Assembly: GCA_001798855.1 (NCBI GenBank) | Contig: MGQQ01000089.1 | Span: 12,189 to 76,188 of the forward strand | Direction: 5' to 3' | Length of the DNA: 64,000 nt | DNA from: Deltaproteobacteria bacterium RBG_16_49_23 | Lineage (GTDB): Bacteria; Desulfobacterota; BSN033; UBA1163 | Part shown: positions 50,645-59,499 of the stretch, in pieces | Layout of the letters: each line of letters starts with the position of its first letter | Position numbering within the stretch: the stretch's first letter is position 1 | Made by a program: the position numbers and the translations under genes | Notes under the pieces: model-generated | The model's input: only the letters and a program-made list of their open reading frames with translations | Told to the model about the DNA's origin: nothing | The model's database searches: none

Positions 50645-50690
50645 TTAGCGAGTAATGATCTGATAAAATGATAACAGAAAAGGCCGTATA

Positions 50691-50975
50691 TTGAATATCC
50701 GTTATTATATCGACCCGGAAACAGAACTACCCCATATCTATCGACATGATGTTGAAGAAACAGAGGTGGAGGAAGTTCTCTCCGATCCTGGAGAAGATCG
50801 ACCGGGCCGAGAAGGATCAAGAGTTGCAATGGGACGAACGTCAGACGGACGCTATCTTAGAGTAATCTATGTTCCTGATCCGGCCCCAAATAGTGTTTTT
50901 GTAATCACAGCTTATGAGTTACAAGGCAAGCCATTAATCGCATATCGTCGCCGTAGGAGGAGAAAGAAAAAATGA
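50691..50975 (+). CDS. Putative toxin, BrnT/DUF4258-like RNase fold
   Basis: HIYRHDVEETEVEEVL...GRTSDGRYLRVIY...FVITAY. Confidence 0.78.
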   Translation: MNIRYYIDPETELPHIYRHDVEETEVEEVLSDPGEDRPGREGSRVAMGRTSDGRYLRVIYVPDPAPNSVFVITAYELQGKPLIAYRRRRRRKKK

Positions 50976-51172
50976 AACAAAGTGAATTTCCACCAGGATG
51001 GGACGCTGACCGTGTGAAAAGGGTGTTAGCCCATTATGAATCACAGTCGGAAGAAGAAGCTGTCGCTGAAGACGAAGCAGCATTTGAAGCATTGGGTCAA
51101 ACGGTCATGGAAGTCCCGACAGAGATAGTACCAGCAATACGCGAGCTAATTGCAAAACACAAAGCCGCATGA
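50972..51172 (+). CDS. Putative antitoxin
   Basis: 66-aa acidic ORF overlapping the toxin stop (ATGA). Confidence 0.7.
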   Translation: MKQSEFPPGWDADRVKRVLAHYESQSEEEAVAEDEAAFEALGQTVMEVPTEIVPAIRELIAKHKAA

Positions 51173-51180
51173 TAGCGGCT

Positions 51181-51279
51181 AAGTCGCTACACCTGACTAC
51201 CATTTTACCCCGTTAGAAATAATGCCCCGCTGGAATTTCTAACGGGGTTTACTTCATAACGTCAGGTGAGGTTTGGCGT
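51181..51279 (+). other. Degenerate attC-like site interrupted by a 42-bp hairpin (51207-51248)
   Basis: CACCTGAC/GTCAGGTG arms just after the antitoxin stop; insert ACCCCGTTAGAAAT...ATTTCTAACGGGGT. Confidence 0.45.
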
Positions 51280-51325
51280 CCCAATCCATATTTCGATTGA
51301 TTGTGGGCCGTTTATTGGATAGACC

Positions 51326-51646
51326 ATGATAGACACATATATCAACAAAATCGCATCGATCACCAAGCGAGGAGATGCTCGTGAGGAATCTTACTATTCT
51401 GCCCTTGCGGCCCTTCTCGAAGAGTTCTCCGAAATCAAGCGAAAAAAGAAAGTCCATGTCACTGTACTGCCAAAGAAGACCGAAGCAGGCAATCCGGACT
51501 TTCGAGTCTGGGACGGCAAGCACTCACAAGTCGGCTACGTTGAAGCAAAGCCGCCCAAAGCTAATCTGGATGAAATCGAGATTGCCGTTCCATGGCCCGG
51601 GTCAGACCAAATTAACCAATTGATATTACAGATGAGCAACGAATAA
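51326..51646 (+). pseudogene. N-terminal fragment of a fused (type IIG/ISP-like) restriction-modification enzyme
   Basis: GDAREESYY...TEAGNPDFRVWDG...GYVEAKPP (PD-ExK); similarity ends after about NLDEIE. Confidence 0.78.
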
Positions 51647-51737
51647 CTGACTCAGATTTGACATGTCCTCCTGATCTTGGGTAAATTACTTCCTCAAGTA
51701 GCACTTCGTATCCGAGAGAGGATAAGGTAACAACGCG

Positions 51738-52340
51738 ATGCCTATAGAGCGAAACATTGTGAAGCGCACAAAATTCAATAAGGTGGCCCAACTGCCATAC
51801 GAGTTGAGGCTCCGAGATTTCGAGATGGCCATGCAGGATGTATATGATTTTTTCTTTGACGTGAACTCATATCTTGCCAAGAAGGGCCTCCAGAGATTGG
51901 ACGAGATGCTCCGCCCGGCGATCATGTCGGGCGTTCTGTCGGATATGCTGACCGCAAGCTTGGCAAAGCACTCGCAAGTCCTCATAGAGAACCAATATTT
52001 CAATGGCCACCCAGACTTGATCGTGCAGGGGATTTACCCAGGCAATGCAGTCAAAGCGGGGACTGAGGGGATCGAGATAAAGACCACCCGGAAGACAGGA
52101 GGTGCCGTAGATACGCACGGCGCGAGAAACCAGTGGATGTGTGTGTTTGTCTACAACCTGGACATGGAGACCGAACCCGCTTGCGATAGAAAGCCCATGA
52201 GTTTCACCGAAATCTATCTGGGGCAGGTCACTGTAGAAGACTTCAGGCGCAATCCCCGCGGCGAACTCGGCACTCGGACGGCCACACTCCACCGTGATGG
52301 CATAAAGAAGCTGCGCGAGAACTGGATATACAGGATTTAA
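51738..52340 (+). CDS. Putative type II restriction endonuclease
   Basis: GHPDLI...GIEIKTT (PD-(D/E)xK); convergent with and overlapping the MTase end. Confidence 0.75.
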   Translation: MPIERNIVKRTKFNKVAQLPYELRLRDFEMAMQDVYDFFFDVNSYLAKKGLQRLDEMLRPAIMSGVLSDMLTASLAKHSQVLIENQYFNGHPDLIVQGIYPGNAVKAGTEGIEIKTTRKTGGAVDTHGARNQWMCVFVYNLDMETEPACDRKPMSFTEIYLGQVTVEDFRRNPRGELGTRTATLHRDGIKKLRENWIYRI

Positions 52341-53485
52341 CCCCGTCCCGTGGGTTGAAATCTAATGAGTTTCGGAATGGCCTCGGACGCCAATTCAAAG
52401 TAACGTCGATCCTTTTCAATGCCGATACTTCGATACCCGACCACCTCGGCAGCAGCCAACGTCGAACCGGTGCCTGCGAAAGGGTCCAGTATTGTTCCCT
52501 CACTAAGGGGCAGAACACCTCGCACCACCCGACGCAGGAATGCCTGAGGTTTAAGACTCGGATGGGGTGCAAGAGCGCGTTCGTTCTTCCTAGTTGGAGC
52601 TGAAGGAATTACGTCGCCGAAGGGTTTGTCCGGGGACTGACGGCGAAATCCTCCAGTCTTCCATTTCCGGAGGTTGTCCTGTACGCGTCCCTCAATCTGC
52701 TTCCTGAAAATGACCCATGGTTCCCACATTGACCGGGGCATCACACTCACATCCCCGAATTCTTCGTGGGCCGCTTTCGGGCGATCTCCTCCTCGCATTG
52801 TCATTACAAGGCGCATTATCTCCCCTCGTCGTTCGAGCCCGGCGTCTGCCAGAGCACCTGACAGAATATAGGATAGCAGGGGATTCGATGCTACCACAAC
52901 ATTTGCTCCCGGCACAAGTTTTGGGAGCAGGAGTCGTGCCCAGATGAAGAAAAAGGTCCGTAACTGCTCACGTTGGTCATCCGTCAGCGTAGTGAATCTG
53001 GGGAGTGGTGATCTTACATGGCCATCAAATGCCGGGGGAATGCGCCAGACCCCTCCTTTTCCATTGCGAAGCTTCAATTGTTGGTCAGGCGCGTACTCAT
53101 GAAGACCATAAGGCGGATCCGTCACCACGGCGTGAATGCTGTTGTCCTCTTGTTTCTCAATCCAATCGAAACAGTCGGCGTGGAATAGGGTGGCTTTGCC
53201 GATGGTGATCGGTCGTGCCCAGTTTGAAAGTCTGGAGAGCTCGCGTTGCATTCCGCCGGAATATTCGGACCTGACCCGATAAATGCCGCGGTCCTCTCTC
53301 ACAAATAGCGCAGGCGTGTTAAGGAGCAAGTACGATCGAATGGATGAAGCAGGAGTTGGCCCCATGACCTTATTCACCCTGTCTTCGATCTGCTTGACAG
53401 AAAGCGCCTCCGAAGTTAGCGTGAGAACCTGAAGGATGGCATCGCGGACTCGGCCTGGCGCGTATCTTGGCTCATTCTCACTCAC
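52337..53485 (-). CDS. Beta-class N4-C/N6-A DNA methyltransferase with N-terminal winged-HTH-like extension
   Basis: VTDPPY precedes HPSLKP and LDPFAGTGST; ~75-aa N-terminal domain (VRDAILQVL...SSIRSYL...RGIYRV). Confidence 0.9.
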   Translation of the reverse strand: MSENEPRYAPGRVRDAILQVLTLTSEALSVKQIEDRVNKVMGPTPASSIRSYLLLNTPALFVREDRGIYRVRSEYSGGMQRELSRLSNWARPITIGKATLFHADCFDWIEKQEDNSIHAVVTDPPYGLHEYAPDQQLKLRNGKGGVWRIPPAFDGHVRSPLPRFTTLTDDQREQLRTFFFIWARLLLPKLVPGANVVVASNPLLSYILSGALADAGLERRGEIMRLVMTMRGGDRPKAAHEEFGDVSVMPRSMWEPWVIFRKQIEGRVQDNLRKWKTGGFRRQSPDKPFGDVIPSAPTRKNERALAPHPSLKPQAFLRRVVRGVLPLSEGTILDPFAGTGSTLAAAEVVGYRSIGIEKDRRYFELASEAIPKLIRFQPTGRG

Positions 53486-53491
53486 GTGGAA

Positions 53492-53520
53492 AGTATAGAC
53501 GTCCAGACGTCAAATGTCAA
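53492..53520 (-). promoter_or_regulatory. Near-consensus sigma70 promoter of the MTase, two GACGTC sites in the spacer
   Basis: TTGACA-tttGACGTCtgGACGTC-TATACT, 17-bp spacer, 6 nt before the GTG start. Confidence 0.85.
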
Positions 53521-53669
53521 GAACAATTTCGGATTGCAGATTGGACCAAAATACTCGTATAATATTTTAAGAATGCCCAATAAATAATACGATGTCTTGG
53601 CTTAGTACCGGGTATTTGAATCTGAAATCATGCTCCCGAAGGATAAAATTGCCAAAGCGACAAGGAAAC

Positions 53670-53888
53670 GGTTCGCTGATATCCCCCGAGGTCTGGGAAT
53701 ATCACATTGGCGGTTATCAGGTTGCAGAGAAATGGCTCAAGGACCGTAAAGACAGGCAGCTTTCATCCGAAGAAGTAGCTCACTACACCAGGGTAATTAC
53801 AGCCATTGCAGAGACAATCACCATACAAGAAACTTTAGATGAATTGTTCAAAGAAGTTGAAACAAGCCTGCTCGAAGTGAAGCTGTGA
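53670..53888 (+). pseudogene. C-terminal fragment of the same fused R-M enzyme
   Basis: ISPEVWEYHIGGYQVAEKWLKDRKDRQLS...IAETI resembles the type ISP C-terminal signature. Confidence 0.78.
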
Positions 53889-53939
53889 GCAGTTAGGTTT
53901 GGGGTCTGACTTGATTATGACTTTAAGAGAAATGAAGAG

Positions 53940-53994
53940 TACCTTGACGATCCAGCGTATGGCTGACAGCCGTCGTTGATTTAGGTCGTTGGGC
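53940..53994 (+). other. attC-like site (left end decayed)
   Basis: TCCAGCGTATGGCTGACAGCCGTCGTTGATTTAGGTC-GTTGGGC; ends in GTTRRRY; homologous to 54549-54606. Confidence 0.6.
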
Positions 53995-54060
53995 TTGGGA
54001 GAAATTGATATCTGGTTCATTCCGTGCTATTCTATCAAGCGAAAAACAGGAGGCAATGCT

Positions 54061-54249
54061 ATGTCAACAGTGATGGAAAAGGAGGAAGCCCACAAACTCA
54101 TCGATCGAATGCCCTCAAGCGCCACATGGGATGATTTGATGCGCGAAATATACGTCCGCGAGGCGATTGAACGCGGGTTATCCGACAGCAAGGCAGGCCG
54201 CACCAAAGACGTGAAAGAGGTACGGGCGAAGTACGGCTTGCCGGAATGA
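54061..54249 (+). CDS. Antitoxin of RelE/ParE pair
   Basis: AGGAGG RBS; ATWDDLM...IERGLSDSKAGRT; overlaps toxin start. Confidence 0.8.
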   Translation: MSTVMEKEEAHKLIDRMPSSATWDDLMREIYVREAIERGLSDSKAGRTKDVKEVRAKYGLPE

Positions 54250-54548
54250 AAGTTCACTGGACAGATACAGCGGAGGGACATCTCGACGCCCTCTACGCTT
54301 ACATTGCTCAGGATTCGTCCGAGTATGCCAAGCGAACGGTGGATCGGCTTACCCGAAGATCTCAGCAGATTGCCGACTTCCCATTCTCAGGCCGCAGAGT
54401 TCCTGAATACGATATTGACCAGATTTGTGAAGTAATCGAAGGTCCCTACCGCATCATCTACCACATTAAGCCGGACCAGATTGACGTTCTGGCCGTCATT
54501 CACGGGGCAATGGATGTCCTTCGTTCGTCAGAAGAAGAGGATGATTGA
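54246..54548 (+). CDS. RelE/ParE-family toxin
   Basis: MKVHWTDTAEGHL...YIAQDS...FPFSGRRVPE...YRIIY...VLAVIHG. Confidence 0.9.
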   Translation: MKVHWTDTAEGHLDALYAYIAQDSSEYAKRTVDRLTRRSQQIADFPFSGRRVPEYDIDQICEVIEGPYRIIYHIKPDQIDVLAVIHGAMDVLRSSEEEDD

Positions 54549-54606
54549 GCCGAACAAATCTCTCCAGCGAATGGTTTACAGCCACCGGTGATTTCAGATG
54601 TTCGAC
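54549..54606 (+). other. attC-like integron cassette recombination site (58 bp)
   Basis: GCCGAAC immediately after the toxin stop ... GTTCGAC; imperfect internal inverted repeat. Confidence 0.62.
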
Positions 54607-54700
54607 GGTATGGATCTCCTTCCGGAACCCTTTTATCTCTTGAGGAACTTCGGACAAGAATAGAGAAAAGGAAATGACATGATTCGTTTGTAGTGAATAT

Positions 54701-54916
54701 ATGAACTTGAAGAAAGTCAATTCCAGTATGGTATATGCAATAGGGTACGACCTCAAGTCGAAAACCTTGGAAGTGGTTTTTAGAAGTGGAAAGGCATGGG
54801 CATACAAGGAGGTCCCGAAAAAGGTTTACCAAGAATTTCTAAAATCAGAATCGATTGGATCATACATGCGCGAGAATATCATCGATTGCTATCCGTCCTA
54901 TCCCATTAGACGATAA
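54701..54916 (+). CDS. KTSC-domain protein
   Basis: VNSSMVYAIGYD...LEVVFRSG...Y..VP...S.SIGSYM. Confidence 0.9.
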   Translation: MNLKKVNSSMVYAIGYDLKSKTLEVVFRSGKAWAYKEVPKKVYQEFLKSESIGSYMRENIIDCYPSYPIRR

Positions 54917-55046
54917 AGTCCTTTCTCACATTAAATTTGAATCCGAATTCCGCCATGCACCACGTGGGGGTGCATGGCAGCCCTGAACCACATTGGATTC
55001 AGGGCCAAAGCCCTGAACCTTACATGGTTCAGGGCGCAATTCAATA

Positions 55047-56174
55047 TCAGGATAGGATCTCCCCCAACGCTCCCATCAGGCAATGAATATTCCGAACCCT
55101 GCAAGCCTCACCCATGAGGCCGACCCTCCATATTTTTCCTTTCAGCCAGCCCAGGCCTCCTCCCACTTCAATATTGTATTCATTTAAGAGCCTCGACCGT
55201 ATCTTGGCATCGTCGACCCGCTCAGGGAGAACCACCGAAGTCAACATGGACAGACGATATCCCTCCTGCGCAAAAAGCTTAAATCCCAAACCCTCCAGCT
55301 CCATCTTTAACCGGTCGCCCAGCATCTCATGACGCCGGAATCTCGCCTCAAGCCCCTCCTCAAAAACGATCCGTAATCCTTCCCTCATCGCATAGAACAT
55401 GGAAACAGGCGCCGTATGATGATAAACCCTCTCTTCCCCCCAATATTTTTCGAGTAAAATCAAATCAAGATAAAAACTCTGAACCTTTGTCGTGCGCGAC
55501 CGGAGAACATCCATGGCTTTAGAGCTCACGGTGATGGGAGAAAGCCCAGGTGGAACACTAAGACACTTTTGAGAACTGCCATAGCAGACATCGATTCCCC
55601 ATTCGTCAACCTTCACATCATATCCCCCCAGAGTGGTCACAGCATCCACCACAAGAAGGGTGTCCGTTCGCTTACAGTAGGCCCCGATCTCCTCAAGCGG
55701 CTGCCTCACACCGGTGGAGGTCTCCCCGTGAACGAGACCGCAGATCCTGGCCTCGGGATGTTCCTTCAATGCCTTGATCATTTTTTCAGGTTCAATCCTC
55801 TTTCCCCATTCCTCCTCCACCCGAATGACGTTCGCGCCACACCGGGCGGCTACCTGAGTCATTCTGTCTGCAAAGAAGCCATTGACGCCGATAACAACCA
55901 CATCTCCAGGCTCAACGAAATTGACATACGAAGTCTCCATGCCTGAGCTTCCCGTTGCAGAGATGGCCAGGGTCGCCTGGTTCTTTGTCTGGAATACATT
56001 TCTTAACATTTCTCTGATCTCGTCCATACAGGCCAGAATTTGTGGATCGAGATAACCGATGACCGGGTTAGACATGGCTTGATAAACCCGGTAGTGGACA
56101 TTGCTCGGCCCAGGGCCCATAAGAATTCTGTAACTCGGATGCATATCCCCGCCCACACACCTTTCCATCTTCAA
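55047..56174 (-). CDS. Alanine/serine-glyoxylate aminotransferase (class V PLP)
   Basis: LMGPGPS, VHGETSTG, VDAVT, SQKCLSVPPG, YHHTAP, WRVGLMG. Confidence 0.9.
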   Translation of the reverse strand: MKMERCVGGDMHPSYRILMGPGPSNVHYRVYQAMSNPVIGYLDPQILACMDEIREMLRNVFQTKNQATLAISATGSSGMETSYVNFVEPGDVVVIGVNGFFADRMTQVAARCGANVIRVEEEWGKRIEPEKMIKALKEHPEARICGLVHGETSTGVRQPLEEIGAYCKRTDTLLVVDAVTTLGGYDVKVDEWGIDVCYGSSQKCLSVPPGLSPITVSSKAMDVLRSRTTKVQSFYLDLILLEKYWGEERVYHHTAPVSMFYAMREGLRIVFEEGLEARFRRHEMLGDRLKMELEGLGFKLFAQEGYRLSMLTSVVLPERVDDAKIRSRLLNEYNIEVGGGLGWLKGKIWRVGLMGEACRVRNIHCLMGALGEILS

Positions 56175-56457
56175 ACCTCCTCCAAGAAATTTCTCTAAAC
56201 GCCTCGAAATTTCTGATTACACCGATTAGGAGCTGATTACACGGATACGAAACACTTCGTAAATGAAGGACATCTAGGTAATCATCTTTTGAAATCTGTG
56301 TATTCAAGAGAGCGTGTATTAGTTTTTCAAATCTCTCTCCAAATCCAGTTTTAAACCGTCGCTGGCAGCAATCACTTTGAAGCCTAACTCATTTCCCAAT
56401 TCATCTGCAACCACCCAGGGATCGGCGCTGGGCATCCCCCCGCCCCCCTTTACTAAA

Positions 56458-56716
56458 CTGATCCTTACCCATAAATAAGGGCGCTGGACACAAGGAGCAC
56501 TCCGACAGATCCCCCATCCCCCTCCTAACCTCCCCCTTGAAGGGGGAGGAATCACGCGAAGCGCGTGACGATTACCCTCCCCTTCAGCCTGCCTGCGCGT
56601 AGCCGCTTCGGCGAAGGCAGGGGGGAGGGGCGGGGTGGGGTATGCCAAAGCCTCAATTGCGCCAGTCGTACGTTCCCTCCTTATGTCCAACCTCCTGAGA
56701 TATGGGACACGGTTAG
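56458..56716. mobile_element. Family E MITE (copy 2) with direct repeat TTTACTAAA and nested 34-bp insert (56588-56621)
   Basis: Collinear with 39800-40018; same hairpin-loop target. Confidence 0.82.
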
Positions 56717-56743
56717 TTTACTAAAGGGGGGAGTATGGAGGGA

Positions 56744-57118
56744 TTAGTCATCTTCCAGTTCTTCTAACTTCTCCTCGTCCAGGCCGAAATAGTGACCCAC
56801 CTCATGGATCACGACTTCCCTGACCTTCTCTCCAATCTCTTCCTTTGTATGACAGATCGATTCAATGGGGAGTTGAAAAAGGGTGATCTTATCCGGAAGG
56901 ACATTCCCATAATAAAACCCCCTCCGATCGATGGGAACCCCCTGATAGAGTCCCAGTAAATCGGAAGGAGAACGAAGGTCCATCTCCGATAGAAGGTCTG
57001 GAGAGGCTCGGTCTTCTATTACCACATCGACATTTTCCATCCTATTTTTTAAGGACTGGGGCAGCCCCTCCAGGGCTGAAATCGCAATCGCCTCAAACTC
57101 TTTTCGAGTCAATTTCAT
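56744..57118 (-). CDS. Minimal zincin metallopeptidase family protein
   Basis: LLGLYQG, PDKITLF, VVIHEVGHYFG. Confidence 0.88.
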   Translation of the reverse strand: MKLTRKEFEAIAISALEGLPQSLKNRMENVDVVIEDRASPDLLSEMDLRSPSDLLGLYQGVPIDRRGFYYGNVLPDKITLFQLPIESICHTKEEIGEKVREVVIHEVGHYFGLDEEKLEELEDD

Positions 57119-57186
57119 TTCTAAGGGAAACGAATCCTGTTGGATACCCTATTCGAGTCATTCGCTATCATTCGTTTCTTTGTTAA

Positions 57187-59364
57187 TCACTTTTGCAGCT
57201 CCGGGACGATCTTTTCAAAATAATCCAGGACCTGGGGATTGCTCAATGCATCCCGGTTCAGAACCGGCCTCCCGTGGATGATATTGGTGACGGCGCTCTC
57301 CACTTTTTTCATATTCATCGTATAGGGAGCATCCGGCATCTCCATAATGATCGCCGGGACGTGACGGGGGGAAGCCTTTCCCCGAAGGGTCTTTTTGATG
57401 GTATCCTTCAATCCGTCCGTCAATTGGGCGCCCGGCTCCGGTTTGATAAAGAGGATAATTCGCTGTTCGCCTTCCCAATTCTGTCCAATGGCCAGGCTAT
57501 CCGCAATCCCTTCTATCCTCTCCACAACATTATAAATTTCGGCTGTTCCAATTCGGACTCCGGAGGGCTTCAGAACGGCGTCGGAGCGGCCGTAAAAAGT
57601 GATCCCCTTCGTGTCACTGTGAAAGACGACATAGTCGCCATGGCGCCAGACACCAGGGTAGTCGTTAAAGTAGGCGGCTTTGTATTTCTCTCCATTCGGA
57701 TCGTTCCAGAAATAGAGGGGCATGCATGGCGCAGGGGCTTCGCATACCAACTCCCCCTCCTTGTCCCAGACCGGTTTCCCGTTTTCGTCATAGGCCTTCA
57801 CCTTCATGCCAAGTCCCGGGCCTTGAAGCTCCCCGGCATAGACACGCTGAATCGGGCTGCCAACAGCAAAACAGCCATTGATGTCCGTCCCACCGGAGAT
57901 GGAATTAAAATGGAGGTCCTTCTTCACCTCCCGGTAGACCCATTCAAAACCCTCTGCCGAGAGAACAGAACCTGTCTGTGAAATCTCTCTCAGGGAGGAG
58001 AGATCGTAATTTTTCCCGGGTTGAATCCCTTCGCCCCGGAGATAGTTTATATAGCTCGCACTCAGGCCAAAAAAAGTGATCTTTTCGTCCTGGACCATTT
58101 TCCACATGGCCTCAGCATCGGGAAAGTTCGGGTTGCCATCATACAGGATAAGGGTGGCGCCCACCCCAAGTGTGCTCATCAGCCAGTTCCACATCATCCA
58201 ACTGCAGGTGGTGATGTAAAAGACCTTATCATCACGCCTGAGATCGCTATGGAGCATCAGTTCTTTCAAATGGTGGAGTAAAATACCGCCTGCCCCCTGA
58301 ACCATGCATTTGGGCTTGCCGGTCGTCCCGGAGGAAAACATGATAAAAATGGGATGGTCAAAGGGTAATTGTTCAAATTCAAGGGCCGGCTCCTTTTCCG
58401 GGGCCAGGAAGTCTTCATAATGGACGCCATTGGGAATATTTCCGATATCCGGCTTAGTTCCCGTATAGGAAACGATGACAACTTTCTTCAGTGAAGGGAT
58501 GGCTTGGGCTACTTCTGCCGCATTCCCCAGGGTATTGAAGGGTTTCGCTTTGTAAAAATAACCGTCCACCGAAAACAAGACCTTGGGCTCTATTTGACCG
58601 AGCCGGTCCAGAGCTGCCTGGGACCCGATGTCTGTAGCGCAAGAGGACCAGACAGCCCCGATACTGGTTGCCGCTAACATGCCGATTGCCGTCTCCATCA
58701 TGTTCGGCATATAGCCTGCAATCCGATCCCCCGGTTTAATTCCTATGTCGCGTAAAGATTTGGCCAGCCGGGCCACGGTGTTATAAAGCTCTCTATAAGT
58801 CATGGTCGAATATTTTTGGGTTTCCCCTTTGAATATGAAAGCCAATCGATCATCCCGATACCGCAGAAGATTTTCTGCAAAATTCAACCTCGCCCCGGAA
58901 AACCACTTCGTCCCTGGGAACTTATTTAAATCCTCTACCACCCGGTCCCACTTCTTTGAGGCTTTGACTTCTGCAAAATCCCACATGGCCGCCCAAAAAT
59001 CAGGAATGGAATCAACAGACCACTGATACAGGTCATCAAACGTTTTAAATTGTTTCCCGTGCTTCCGGTTTACAAAGTCAATAAAGCGGGTCACGTTGGC
59101 TTTCTTGACTTGATCCTCAGAAGGTACCCACAGAGGCGTTTTTGTGCTTTTTATAGCTGATAAAGTTACTGCCACAGGCTTGATGGAGACCTTCTTCGAG
59201 GGTTTCCTGGATGGCTTAACCACAGGTTTTTTTACAACCTTTTTAGCAATCTTTTTAATCTTCTTCGTAGCTTTTTTTAAGGGTTTTTTTGAAACTTTTT
59301 TTAATGTCTTTTTTGAAGTCTTCTTTACTGATTTCTTTGAACTCTTTTTCAAAACCTTTTTCAT
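57187..59364 (-). CDS. Acetoacetate-CoA ligase with Lys-rich N-terminal extension
   Basis: PLWVPS, WFSGARLNFAENLL, FSSGTTGKPKC, SGGTD, WRHGD, GRSDA, GVRIGTAEIY. Confidence 0.9.
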   Translation of the reverse strand: MKKVLKKSSKKSVKKTSKKTLKKVSKKPLKKATKKIKKIAKKVVKKPVVKPSRKPSKKVSIKPVAVTLSAIKSTKTPLWVPSEDQVKKANVTRFIDFVNRKHGKQFKTFDDLYQWSVDSIPDFWAAMWDFAEVKASKKWDRVVEDLNKFPGTKWFSGARLNFAENLLRYRDDRLAFIFKGETQKYSTMTYRELYNTVARLAKSLRDIGIKPGDRIAGYMPNMMETAIGMLAATSIGAVWSSCATDIGSQAALDRLGQIEPKVLFSVDGYFYKAKPFNTLGNAAEVAQAIPSLKKVVIVSYTGTKPDIGNIPNGVHYEDFLAPEKEPALEFEQLPFDHPIFIMFSSGTTGKPKCMVQGAGGILLHHLKELMLHSDLRRDDKVFYITTCSWMMWNWLMSTLGVGATLILYDGNPNFPDAEAMWKMVQDEKITFFGLSASYINYLRGEGIQPGKNYDLSSLREISQTGSVLSAEGFEWVYREVKKDLHFNSISGGTDINGCFAVGSPIQRVYAGELQGPGLGMKVKAYDENGKPVWDKEGELVCEAPAPCMPLYFWNDPNGEKYKAAYFNDYPGVWRHGDYVVFHSDTKGITFYGRSDAVLKPSGVRIGTAEIYNVVERIEGIADSLAIGQNWEGEQRIILFIKPEPGAQLTDGLKDTIKKTLRGKASPRHVPAIIMEMPDAPYTMNMKKVESAVTNIIHGRPVLNRDALSNPQVLDYFEKIVPELQK

Positions 59365-59499
59365 AAGCCCCCCCCCTTTAAATCTGATGGTCCTATATTT
59401 CTCGGATTGCCCTTCATTCCATATCATTCTTAAAATTCCTCGTCAAGCATTATTTGTCTGAGAAATTAACTCTCAAATCCCCCATCCCCCTTTGCTAAA

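Noticed and set aside
57193-57981. Long antisense ORFs (also 3026-3871, 17555-18424, 48293-49066, 15656-16282)
   Set aside because: Shadows of well-supported genes on the opposite strand; no motifs
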